From contig NMRA01000320.1 in the NCBI GenBank assembly GCA_002633005.1, positions 64,720 to 128,719 of the forward strand: a DNA stretch of 64,000 nt, written 5' to 3'. Shown here piece by piece: positions 1 to 13,097 of this stretch; the stretch's first letter is position 1; every line of letters starts with the position of its first letter. The notes beneath the pieces are model-generated. The model made no database searches. It saw nothing but the letters and a program-made list of their open reading frames with translations, and was not told the DNA's origin. Made by a program: the position numbers and the translations under genes. The stretch is from Phoronis australis. Lineage: Eukaryota > Animalia > Phoronida.

Positions 1-2262
1 AGGGATTTTTTTATTAACCATAATTGGTGTTTTTAAGCCAAATATCCGATAAAATTACCCCTGACAGTGAATGCTTACACACCCTTATGAGCTATACCAT
101 CATTGCACACCCTTACACCGAAAAATAACTGTCAGGTAGTCACGTACGCATCCAGCCACACGGTGACTAATGTGGGCCTTACCGAGACAATTGTCGAACG
201 TTTTTAGCACGAGATCGGCAAGTCCTGAATGAAACACGTTCTGCTTTAGTTCTACTGCTTGTGCTAATTTATTTAGATACAATTTATATCTAGCTCGCTG
301 AGATTGCCGCTCGGGCAAATGAACTCTGGTGACACGCATACGCTTGCTTACTCACACGTGCAGACGAACTTCATAACAAATGTCACGGGACAACTACGTG
401 TGTTCGTCCAGAGATTTTTCTTGTGTTGCCGATCATAGATGGCACGATGTAGCACAGATTTGTACTTAATCTGCCGTTAATCCCGACTCCACGGGAAGTT
501 AAAAATCTTGGGACGCTATTTGGAAAACTTCAGGAGGATTTCAGGTAATTTGCTTGAATCGAAACTGTATTTTTATTCAAGTATTCAAGTCGCCATATCG
601 ACGATTGCGATGCAGCCGTCAGTGGGCGAGTTTTCGCCGTGGGATTTCAGGACAATTTCTGTAAAATGATCGTAATTTAACAGCAAAGTTTTATAGCAAT
701 GTACCACAATTTTGTAGAAAGACTGCCATAGGTTACAGATACGTCACAGAGCATCAATATGACGAATCTTAGCTTCCGATTTCACCCGTTTCGGAAACCG
801 GGTTTCAACCACCTTAGGTTACAATAAGCACTGACCCCCCGGCCTGAAACGAATTTTTCTAAGCGCCCTGTGCGGTTATTAGGGTGAATACGATAGGGTC
901 TATTCTCTCTGTAACAGACATATATTACATTTGTGCAATCACAGTTTCTCATTTCTTGGTCTCCATGCTTGTGATCTTCAGGGCTTCATAGAATTTTTTG
1001 TGATTGATCACTCCAATTTAATTACAGATTTCTGATTCCACCATGCCCTAAATTCCAAAATGTTCTTGATGGATAAAGACCCCCTTTGGAGGGAGGTATA
1101 TTTCTTATTTCTGGGGTATACATCTTAAGTTTAAAAATCCTACAAGATGGTCACACCTGTGTAGCGGGTGTATTATGGTGGTGTCTATGAGAGATAATTT
1201 TATTGGCAAAATACTCTGCCACCAATAGGATCATAGTGACATATCCCAGTCAAAAGTTGAGTAGAATAACGTCACATTCTCAAAACTACTCTAAACTGAT
1301 ACCAACCAGTATTTGATGCATAACAAGCCTGGATTGGAAATAGGAAATTTTAGTTGTATGGTTGTATCTAAATTCAATGAGAATTTAAAGAACTGTGAGT
1401 GTACAACTGCTTCAGTGAAACGTAGGACAAGTTAGGGCAGTATATGGTGTCTGGTGAAATGCTTCTCCCCCATACTTAAAGCTTCATACAACGCTGTCTA
1501 GATTCATGCTTTGGGATGGGAACCCTTGTTTTATTTTGATGAAATAGTGGGCTGCCAGTTGTTCCTGAGCTCAGACATCATTTCTAAACTGAGAAAGAAT
1601 CAAGATAAGGCCAATTTTGTAATGGTTAGGGGTCTAAATTACAATTTTTTTTCGCAGAAATTAAGGATTTAGTGCCTCTTTAAATGTAAAAAAATGAATA
1701 CTAGTAAATGTTCTGAATTAACCAATGCCAGTTGTAAAGAACTCTCATTAAGCCAAAGGTATGTTAACAAGTACAATAATCTGGCTTTGAGCAAAGCTTT
1801 CAGTACCTACACTTTGTTGAATATGAGAGGATCAGTTTCGTTGGTCAGTACAGCATATTTGAAAATCGATGAGCCGTAATGTTACAGTTACTTGCAGAGC
1901 CAAAGTAAAGGAGAGTCATGGTCCAAATGTTGCAAGCTTGTCGGGGCATATTTATTCATTAGTGGTTGGGCTGTTACAGTTTGACCAACTCCTCATTTCC
2001 CCCTCGCAGTACACTCAAATCATGTTACAACAGACGGCTTTAAAACATTTGCTTACTTAAAACAACTCATTCCCAAGGTAACTGCTCTCTGTACAACTTT
2101 ATATGGTTACAGTGAACTTGGGTTCCGATGCATGTTTTTGAGAGATCCTGGAAGGATTGATTGCAAGGCAGTTAATTTGGTGATGACGTAACAGTTCATA
2201 TCACCTGTCTGATGCAATCAAGTAGTTAGGGGCATTATCCTGTTGATTCCTATCAGATTGCA

Positions 2263-2519
2263 ACTGTACACAGGAGTTGCTTAGGAATATTGTGTATATT
2301 TCTTCTCTGGCTCATCCGAACCTATACTGCACACAGGAGTTGCTTAGGAATATTGTGTATATTTCTTCTCTGGTTCATTCGAACCTATACTGCACACAGG
2401 AGTTGCCTAGGAATATTGTGTATATTTCTTCTCTGGCTCATCCGAACGTATACTGCACACAGGAGTTGACTAGGAATATTGTGTATATTTCTTCTCTGGC
2501 TCATCTGAACCTATACTGC
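2263..2519. repeat. 63-bp minisatellite, ~4 copies
   Basis: Unit ACTGCACACAGGAGTTGCTTAGGAATATTGTGTATATTTCTTCTCTGGCTCATCCGAACCTAT. Confidence 0.95.
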
Positions 2520-2936
2520 TGAGGTTATTGATCTATAACGCATTGTTTTGTTGTTTTTTCCATAGTTATTGTTATTTGAATGTGTTTGTGTATTCTTTTT
2601 TAAATTATTAAGTTGAGACACAGATTCAGTTTAATTTTACCAATTTAGGACAGAATATAGCAGACAAGTGAAATTTCGTTTTCTTATTTTTTGCATAAAC
2701 ATTATTGGCTACAAATTAATCCTTTTCATCACTTCTGTACTGTAGTTACCATACGACAATGTTTTGTGGGCATTCATATCAATGTTAAAAGCCATTTTCT
2801 CGCTTTCAAAGATTTACTGCGTTGCTACAAATGCCAAAAATCAGCCAGTGTTCATTGGTGGCAGGTGTACTCACCAAACCATGCTGTCAGGAAACTCTGG
2901 ATTTTTTTCTGTTGTTTTTATGCACCATGTATGCAG

Positions 2937-3004
2937 CTGTGTGTGTGTGTGTGTGCATATCTCTCTGACTCTCTCCCTCTTTCTCTCCCTGTGCATGTGT
3001 GTGC
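2937..3004. repeat. (TG)n/(CT)n microsatellite
   Basis: Direct reading. Confidence 0.85.
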
Positions 3005-3229
3005 ATGNCGATTGGGCATCCGTTACTGTATCTCCAAAATCCCTTAATGAGTGTTTGTAAAAACATGCAGCTATGGGATGGCGAGTGAACTTTTGGGTGG
3101 ATTCCAGTATCGCTATGCCCGCATGTAGCAATTTGTTTTTTTTATTTGATCCTGTACAATTACAGGTTTTTTTTCTAAATTGCAGGCGGTCTGATACACG
3201 TTGTATCAGACGTGCGCAGGCCTCTCATG

Positions 3230-3405
3230 TGGGCCCATTGCACTGATCACCTGGAAATATTTTTATGCTTTATTGATATATGGTTAAAACTGAGCTGAGG
3301 AGCTGGAAACCTGGCTCAAGGGTTTACCTGTGTGACCTGGTGGGACTTGAACCCACGACCTCGAGTAAAGAAAGCGGGCACTCATCAACCAGGCCACACT
3401 GCCTC
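3230..3405 (-). mobile_element. tRNA-derived SINE, copy 1
   Basis: Minus strand GGCAGTGTGGCCTGGTTG (A box) ... GGTTCAAGTCCC (B box). Body (CTCCTCAGCT...ATCAGTG..ATGGGCCC) shared with the copy at ~53843-54008. Confidence 0.7.
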
Positions 3406-5723
3406 CTCTCAATTACAGGGTTCCTTGATGGGTTTTCATGAAATTTGGAAATTTCTGCGAAGAAGATTACAACACCTTCGCATTTTCTGATGAATTCAGC
3501 GTATTCTGTGCCCCCTAGTGGCCACTATAATTAATTTTTTGTCAATTATTGATGTCCCCCTCTATATCCGCCTAAGCTTTTCAAGGACACTAGGCTTACC
3601 TCAAAATCCAGCTGCTGTCTAGTGGTTTTGTAATTGGCCCAATTATGTTGCACACCCAGCAGAATTACTGTAATGAAGAATATATTATGGCGACATTGAA
3701 CAAACGTTTCAGGTTGTTAAAGTCACATTTCTTCTCCAATTTTTAAAATTCAAAAACCTAATCACATGTACTTTTCACGAACTATTCAAATATGCTATTT
3801 ACAAAATCAAAAATTTAAAAATACTATTGTCACCCCCAGTGTGTTTAGGATGGGTCTAATTATCTAGAGAAGGATAACATCAGGAGCCTAGGGTGATATA
3901 ATTAACTACAACAGCATGTTGCCTTTGATCAACGCCTGCAGATTGCGAGGTACGCAAACCAGCCGAGTTGCCCAATCTCTACCAGTTAAGGTGTCAACGT
4001 AGGATTCTTTTCCTGATTGTGAAGTTTTGAAAATTTTCAGGCCTGATGTATTTCTAATGATTGTGGAAGCTGACCTAGATTTTCAGATGGGTCAAACTAC
4101 TGTGGCGCCCCCTGAGTGCAAATATGTTTTTTGCCTGTACCTCAGTATCTACTAAATTCCTCGATGGAGTTTCGAGGAATTTAGTATGAGACAGAGTTCC
4201 AGATATCTACACTTGTCTTTCCTTGTTTCCTTGAATTTGACTTACGCTGGACCCCATAGTAGCCTTTATTTTACATACCACGTGATACTAGCTATTAAAC
4301 ACGAAGCACAGAGTTAACGGTGCAGTGTTGGACACATTCCAATGCTTTGCATTACTCTTGTCGCGATACTTGATAAATACATTTCACATGTCTGCAGAAC
4401 ATGTATCGTGTCCCCAACTGAAGAGTTATTCATAGGGTATGCTGAGTTGCAGTGGAGTCATTTCTAAATTTTTTTGTTGGCGTGCATGTTACCTGCTGTA
4501 TGTGAGGGGAATTTAGGCTCCAAGGTCTGTATCCAATATCTGCCTGAGCTTAATTTTTAGGCTAAACCCTTGCAGATGTTTGTCTTAAACTGAGTACTAT
4601 TCATAATTTAGGGGGAAATTCTTAATACTTACAATTTATATTTTCGTTTTATTTTACATTTACCCACGACGAGTTTCGGCAGTTGAGAGATATGTCCAAG
4701 ATAGACACATTTTGTAACTTTTATGCCGTTTGTGTTTGCTTTATTTTTTATTAATTGAAAAAAATGAGAAGTGAGTGCATTTGGGCAAAAACCTCATTAC
4801 GTATGACGGCATTTGTTTGAGTCAGCTGCCATTCACTAGTGGCTATTTTAAGTGGTGGTGCACCACCAAGAATAAAAGTTAAACTGAAAAATTCATGTGT
4901 ATTAAGTTCAGTTTCAGAGTGTTTTTAGTTGTGTTGGTGCAAGTTTCCACTGAACTAACTTGCATTAAAATATGTTTTATGAAGTCTTTAACTAAAAAAG
5001 TGATAAGAGTGTCTTTAAATGTTTTAAATCGATTACATCAGTGCCTACATTTGTGAACTCAGTTGTTTAGAAATTTGTAAGTCAGTGTTACTCACACATG
5101 GGCGCATGGGCCTTATTCCAAATACAGACGCATCTTTGTTAATAGGCCCGTGAACCTAATTGTACACATAATTGGTACATTTTAATATAATGGGATTTAG
5201 CAATTTGCATGTCCAATGTTAAAGCAGCTTTTCTCCCATCTGGCTGACTAAAACATGGAATTGAATTGGGCCTTTTACATCAATCTCATAAAATTCTTTA
5301 CCATGACAAGATTTTATTTCCATTACCAACAAGAACATTGAAACCATCAGCCACTCAAGACAATGCTTCAGGTTTTATTGGGGTTCGCCAACCCTACAGT
5401 TATTATTTTGAAAATGGGTGTGAGCATTGTTCGTGACTCAAGTTGGCTAGTGAAATAGAATCCTACCATGGTAAACAATGTTGTGAAACCAGTTTTAAGC
5501 AAAAAAAATGCCAAATACAATTTTTTTTGCCAGCCAAACAGGGCAAAATGCAGCTTCAAATGCTTGACCTTGTTATGACTGCTATAAGTTGTTTGTACAA
5601 CAAGAATAAAAACAATGACTCTACATTTCTGAAGAGGAGTGGCTGGGTACATACATTCATGCAGTTGAAATGTGTTAAATACAGAAGTACATGTGTTGGT
5701 TATCCGATGACGGGCAACTAAGG

Positions 5724-5965
5724 TGGCTTGGAATTTTCCTCGTTTAAGAGGATTTCTTTTTTGGTTTCAATTTCATCTCATTCGTTTTCTATTTTCCTCA
5801 TTCTTTCCTCTTTAATCGTTACTTTGACTTTATTCATACAAAAAGTTTATTTCAATTAAATTTTAAAACACAAGAAACATTTCTATCTCACAAGCCTATT
5901 TACTTGTGGAACTATACATCACCTGGAAAATTTTCCTCATTTTGTCATTGGTCACTCCAAGCCCT
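5724..5965. mobile_element. hAT-like MITE family A, copy 1
   Basis: Ends GGCTTGGA...TCCAAGCCCT. Internal blocks (AAGAGGATTTC, TTTGACTTTATTC, CACAAGCCTATTT, CACCTGGAAAATTTTCCT) shared with 42877-43123. Confidence 0.65.
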
Positions 5966-6045
5966 AATCAGTGTCAAAAATGAGTAAGTGAAAGGAAGAC
6001 ACTGTGTACGCAAATCTTTAACAACAGTCTGGTTTTTCACATTAT

Positions 6046-6051
6046 TTTATT
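6046..6051 (-). terminator. Putative distal poly(A) signal of PPP1R3
   Basis: AATAAA on the minus strand where the T-rich (minus) tract running from the PPP1R3 stop ends. Confidence 0.45.
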
Positions 6052-6950
6052 CTTTAGCGAAACAGCAATAACAGTGAATCAAAAAGAACTCTACAATATT
6101 CTACCTAATAAATCAACAAACAGTCAAAATGAAACAAATCACTATTAAATAATACAATTATACCATATATAAAGACATTATGCAAGGAATTTCCATTCGG
6201 TATCGCATCACTCAACGAGCACTTCATCGTACCAACAGTTCCATGTGTGTTAACATGTTTCCATCAATCGTAGTCTAACATAGTTCACTTGGACAACAGT
6301 ACCAATGGTGAAAAAGCTTTAATTTAGCGGTAAATTTTACAATTGTCGATTCCTTGATGTATAAAACTTCAAATTCTAGCACAACATTCTTGCGACATGG
6401 CTCTTAATTGATCTGTTACAGAATTTGACCACATAACTAATTTTGCTATTTTGAGTTGCAGCACATCTCTCATATCGCAAGTCCGATCCTATCAGACAAG
6501 ATATCTGATTGGGCAAAAACTGATTTATCTGAAGGGTTGAATTCACGAAATAAATTTGTACTGCTGAACCTTTGCCACTTGTACTGGGAAATAAGGTAGA
6601 GACAATTCTTCAAGCCATAGCAAATTCTGGAAAATTTTCTTTTGATGCAGAATCCCAAACCGAGCACAATCCATTTCTCAACACAAAATTTCTTTTTGAA
6701 GCAATATACGGATTCAAGCATAAGGTCAACATTTTGCAGTTTTCAAGTACCTTATTAGGCATATGACCTAATAGAGTAGTGATATTTTGTAACTAATTCA
6801 TCATAACATTTGTAGTATTTATGCTTGCACTACCAACGATAGAGGTACAACCAGTCATGGTTATATCCTTATGAGGAACTGCTATTGCGGACCTATAGAC
6901 TTGAATGTATTTATTCATGACAAGATCCAACAGATATTCCAGTTCCAAAA

Positions 6951-7251
6951 TACCGTATTCGCCCAGTCTACCGCCCAGGACACTTAGATTGGCAGGTCAA
7001 CAATAAGAGGTTACTAAGTTCAGCTAAACGTCAGTGATTAAAACAAACATTTTAGAAGTCCGGCTTGGCACTTTTGATAGGGTGAACTCCCAGGGAGCTA
7101 CATTGCCATGGACTCCACATGCACAAGTCAAATAAAAGATTGTCAAACTGTAAATGATGAATAGTAACGAGGGTACCAGGATGGGTTTCCCTGAAACTGA
7201 CCTATTAGGAATGAAAGGAAAGCAAGCTGCGCTCTTTTGGGAACTACGGTA
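6951..7251. mobile_element. TA-flanked MITE with TACCGTA termini (Tc1/pogo-like)
   Basis: TACCGTATTCGCCC ... GGGAACTACGGTA. A related terminus (AGGGTGAATACGATA) occurs at ~880-895. Confidence 0.5.
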
Positions 7252-10200
7252 GAATTCTGATGAAATAGGTGTTCACAAAGACAGTGGCAGTGAAAAAAGT
7301 TTGAATTGCATGACTTGGGTGTGTGTAGGAAAGCCGATCATGGGTGATAAAAAGTGATAATTTGGAAATATCGGCCAAGGACAATCATCCGAGTATGGAC
7401 AGAAACCGAGACGAATAAGGTATATCTCAACTCTCCCACCTCAGCCAACTGTTTGCTGCTTACTCTTACAAAACATTCAGGTATGCAACCTTCACTACAG
7501 GTAGTAACTTAAATAATAACTTTAATAACTTACAGCATTAGTTACTCTACTATTATAAATGTAACTGAAAACTTCATACGTTAACATGCAATGACATATC
7601 TGTTTTCATCTGAACATCGAGGAGATCTACTTCCAGGGGAATTCTGGGACTTTTCAACATTTAGTCAAAAGTTAGAGGCTAAAATCACTTATCAAACTGA
7701 TGGTAGGTACAATTTTGTAAAATGTGCAGCCAGTTGAATAACGGGCACTTCCAAAACTCGAAGTTGATGTCATAAAAACACATCGCTATTTACTCAATCT
7801 AAGCTGCTATGAACAATACACTTTACCGTAAAATCTAACCAATTTAGGACCCAATATGGAAGATAGGCGAAACTTTATTTTAAATTTTTTCATAAAAGAT
7901 AGCTGGCACCGAATCAATTATTCACCAGTTTCATGGTATATTACATAGCTATAGGCACCAATGTGTTGAGTAATTTCCATTAACAGCAATGTTAAAAGCC
8001 TCTGAAAAATGAAAAAAGAACAATTTTGGCAATTACTTGTGTATAAAATTGGGGACATTTTACCATACATAGCCTTTAAAGTTGTGTGTGCCTGTTCTGA
8101 TCGATGAAAGTAGGCTTTACTGCACATATTCATGAGCAGATGTTTACATGGCAGTGCAGCAGCGCAGAATTTCACCAACCATCCCGTGCACAAAACATTT
8201 CTCCACAGAAAGTTTAACGGAACTCATCAAACGAGCCTGAAACTCAGTCCCGAAAGCTCAAGCATAATATGAAAAGAAGTCTGTGAACTAAATATCCGAT
8301 AAATACAACGGTGGCCCCGCAGACAAACTCACGAGCAAAACATCAGCAGTCTACCAACAAGTCCGATTTACTTGCACTGCACCGATTGAAGAAATTTTTC
8401 GCTGGATTCTGGACATAATGACGAAGTAGTAATTCAGGGTCCTTAAGAATCACCCAAAAACCAAGATTTTACCACAGGCAGACACGGTCAAGATGGCTAT
8501 AAGATATTGCGACATCAAGTTCTCTTTTAGGAATTCATGAATTTCGAGTATTTAGACTTTTCCACTAAATGGCATCCAGTTATCTAATAAGCTGTTTTGG
8601 GCTCCAACATCTGCCAAAATGTGGAACATCACAGAATTCCCCTTTGACCTACAGAAAATGTTACAATACAAATTTACTAACAATAATGACTAGTCAGAAG
8701 ACATTGCATGCATTAAGCAACAACTTGCTTGACCTTCAACATCCAGGCCACTAAGCAATTTTTTACACACCAACAATTAGGTTAGCATGTGGAACATGGT
8801 GGTGAACATGTACATTTGTTGACATGAAATAATGCAGGTATATCTGTGGCAATATAAATATATCTAGGTGATAACCTTCTGGGTTCGAGCGGGTTTTTTT
8901 GAATTATATATTTTCAGCTTTAAACCTAATTTTCACATACTATTTTAATTAAGATGGCAAGCACACATGAACGTGACAGACACAATTAAACAGCAAAGTG
9001 CATTAGTAAATAACATGGAAACGATGAACAACAATGGGCAGTTAGTACATGGCACTTAGAATGAAAACAGAAAACAAAATTGTGAATTTACTACTAACCA
9101 AACCTCGTGAGTGTCGTGGACGCAAGAATCTCGCTAAAGAACCTAGTGTGGTTACACGCTTTGCTTGTAATACATGGTCATATCTTGCAAGACTCTCACC
9201 TCAACAGAACGCACGCCTGATGTGGGGTATTCACAAGCTCAAAAGCTACTAAAAGGTATCTGCAGGATATATGACTTTGTTGAACCAGAAATAATCACAG
9301 GCAACATGTAATACAATCATACAGGCACTCATCACAGCAATGCAAAACAGGGCAGTAGCCAATTTCCTGTGAATTCAAGCTGTTTTCACCACAGCTAATG
9401 AAAAGTAAGAAACCAGCTTGCACAAAATGCCTAGTGGCTACAGCATGTCATCAGGAGATGCCAAGAATTTGGAGATTGCCTGGCTTCTATTATTGGCAGA
9501 CATCGTAACAGACGCAGAGCCTTAAGAGCATGACTTTTTTAGCTGACTGAATCAATGAATCTTTACAGACATGCTAAATCCACTGAGCCATGAATCACTG
9601 ACTAAAACACTGACGCACTGGGATACAAAGACAGGTAGAAATCAAGAAACCAACGACCCTTGAATTGGTTTGGGGAATTTCCCAACTGCAAATTCTAGAA
9701 AACCGGATCCTGCAATAAGTGCACAGTCCACTTTCAACAAAAATTCCTCATTTTAGCTGCCAATAAAAAACAGACATCCCCAGTTCCACCTGTGCCTATT
9801 CCAGTTTGAAGATTCAAAGTATTTTGCCTAATGTTTTTTTCACTTGGGCAAGATGAGAAAGGCAAGCTAGAAATTCGCTATCATTCTTCCCAGCATTTTG
9901 GCTACGTTCAAACACGTTCAATGTCATCAGTCGGTCCTCTCAAAACTCCTATTCCAATTAGTAAATATACTCAGTAAACAAAAAGTAAACAAAGTACAGA
10001 ATACTGACTTTGTCAGTGAGAATGGAAGTGCATACAATGGAAGTGCAAAATGGAACAGCATACAATACACAATATTCCTACCTATAACAGCTGCCAGAAA
10101 AATTTGAACACTGATTCCATAGTTCAGTAAAACAAAAGACAAGGTTACATAATATAAATACAAATGCATGAAAATATCAAAAAGTAAAAACAAGCAGATA

Positions 10201-10929
10201 ACATGCCATTTCGACTTTGCTACACAGGCAATCTGACACGTTCTACACACTTTTGGAAGTTAATTTATAAAACAAAAAAATACAACAGTTGACTTGGTAT
10301 TGAATTTATACCCCTTCTGCACATAGGAATACGACTAGAACAACAAATCATATGTGCCCTGTGCCGAGTTTTCACTTGAGTTTTGTATTTTCAATAGTCA
10401 ATTAGTTTATAAAATGAGTATTCAATAGGAAACAATCGGCATACAATTCTCTAGCATCGTGAGAGTACATTAGCATCTTTTGATACAATTTCTAATTCTG
10501 GAGAGCAAGACGGGACGAGTTGATAGGGATGAAATGCAATCTGTTTCCGATTCACCCAACACTTTAGATGGAGTTTTCCTCCTGAATGGTCTGATTTCAC
10601 CTCAGCACAACAGCGCCAATTTGGCGGCATGATGGTTACAAACAATATCAAAAAACAAGAGCACAGAATGCTGACCACCAACTACTTTTATGCCATCTAG
10701 GGACAAAGCATTTTTCACTATACCCTCCTTACATGGAAAAGGCATGATCTGTAATGTGTAAACAAACCTAAAGTGACTGACACAGTTGGCCCAGTTTTTC
10801 AATGATGTATAATGTTTGCACATTATGTAACATTAGGTAACTCGTCTGCCCCTCAGCCCTTAGATTGATTACAGTTAGTAGTTTATTTTATTTACATAAC
10901 AAACCACAGCTTCCTGAAATATTGGCTTA

Positions 10930-11462
10930 GTGTTATGCAGGACCCTAGAAAAATGTCCAAATTTGGCTCACTTCGGAGCATCCTATCTCAGAAACGGACA
11001 ACCGGATTCATAAGAAATGGAAGAAACTTTCTGACAGAATGCTTTATACACTATTCTCCAAAACGCCGCTAGAAATTGTTTTCAACATATTCGAATTTTG
11101 CATGACGGAGTTATAAAAAGGACTTTTATGGTGATGTGGAAAAAATCTAAATTCGCATAAAACGAATATGAAAAGAACAATTTAGAAAGCATTTTTGAGA
11201 TTTTATCTTGAACATTTACATGAAACATTAATTTAGTCATCTTGTTCTTGATGCCGCTAGTTTCCTATGAATGTACCTTTCTTCTTCGCTAAATTTTACA
11301 AAACACATGGTCACGTGATCCCAATAATGGCAAATTGGTATAAAGTCAAAAGTCAACTTCTACAGGCTTTCAACTCACAGAATATTTTCACCAAGTTAAA
11401 ATCTGTAGTGTGGAAGATATTTGGCTAAATACCCGCTTGTCAATAAGGTCCTGCATAATCTT
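10930..11462. mobile_element. Non-autonomous TIR element family B (TTATGCAGGACC termini, Kolobok-like), in the putative PPP1R3 3'UTR
   Basis: TTATGCAGGACC (10933-10944) / GGTCCTGCATAA (11447-11458). Homologous copy at ~27740-28220 and related ends at 17980, 21417, 22920 and 24920. Confidence 0.6.
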
Positions 11463-13097
11463 AGGGTATGAAAACCACATAAAGATAGGAACTGCTGTAT
11501 ATAAAGGGACAACTTCAAAATTTTGTTCACAGTCCACATGTGTGCACAAACTCTCCTGATCACACTTGCTAACAGACTAACCTCAAAGTCAAAATTAAAT
11601 ACTTAATACTTATTCACAAACCAGATATTACAATTACACATTGCCAACATATTCTATACAAGTCAGATCTAATAAAACATAACATGACATGTGAATGACC
11701 AAAAGGGTATCTATAATGCCTAGCTCAACAAATAACAAAGCTTGCATGTGTTACACCCCATAATGTGTAGAATGCTAGTCTAAACTATATTATTGACCAG
11801 TTCATGTTTTCTGATTACCATAAGACAAACAGGCATGAAATGAGCTGGCCAAATACTGCAAATGCAAACGCAAATGCTTTCAACATTTTTTCCACAGGAG
11901 CGCAGAATGATATTAGTGCACATACAACCTAACAGAACCAGTTCGTGTCTCCTTCAGTCAAGAGAGTAGAGTATGGGTATTTTCCCTACCCAAATAGAGC
12001 AAGCTTCCAATGAAATTGATTATTTTTTGTACTTTTTGGGAGCAAAAAATCTACTGCTAAGATAAATGCTCAAAAAGAAAATAGCACCTTTAATGAAGTC
12101 TCACTTGCGGTAAGTTGAACATTGGAGATTAAAAGTGAAAATTTCAGGGGTGGGTGGTAAGCCGCGCTTTGACATTAACCTGGGTGAATACAATATGCGC
12201 CCATGAAAAAATAATGGTGGCACTGATCAAAGTTGGATTTTTTACTGGATGTCTAAGGATCTACGCAAAATACTAAGGCTTGCAATAACTCTCAAAAACT
12301 GTAGAACTGATGGGTTTAGTTAGATAAGACACATAGTTTTTTAAAGACTCTTGTGGAGTGGGCAACACCAGCCACTACACTCTGATGTTTGTATCCAACA
12401 AAAAATAAAGACGGTGCAGCGGCTATACTAGAATAAAGATTTCTACAAAAATACATCTTCTCACTGAATAACAAACATTATCCACAGCGACACTTACTAG
12501 AGATTGCAATGGTGACGCATTTTATGCTAACAAATATTTCAGCAAAGCAAAAACTTATTAAGCATCAATTGCAAATACTACATTACGTTATGTACTCTGA
12601 CTTCATTACAAAAAACAACCACAACATATTGACATTCTCACTATTAAATATTATTCCTCCCAACCCTACCTTAGCTCCTCAGAGACAGCTAGGTCTATCA
12701 GTATACCACCAAATCATTATTTTTTGCTTTTCATGGTTGGGAGAAGCTCATTTTTGATTATGAAAAAAATTTGTTTTAACAACTAAATATTTTACAGCCG
12801 GTCATGCGGAGAAAAAATATTTTAAATTGAGGCCTTATTTTATAGTAACACATTCATTAGATTGACAAGCCAAATTTTTATCAAGGTCATGTATCAACTT
12901 GATATAACCCATCGTCTTCTGATTCAATACCTTCCTGACCTTTTCGTTAATTATAACCATAGGCTTTGTCTTAATTAATCACTTAATCCTCACGATAATT
13001 TACAGCACTTCTCATGTCAAATCACAGCCTCCATGTGAACAGTACAAGCTCCATAAGATACCACCACTGGGCACCGTACGTCTATGCAGGATCACGG

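Noticed and set aside
3330-3405. tRNA gene
   Set aside because: A/B boxes are present but there is no intact cloverleaf, and it continues into a body repeated at 53.9 kb, so it is a SINE.
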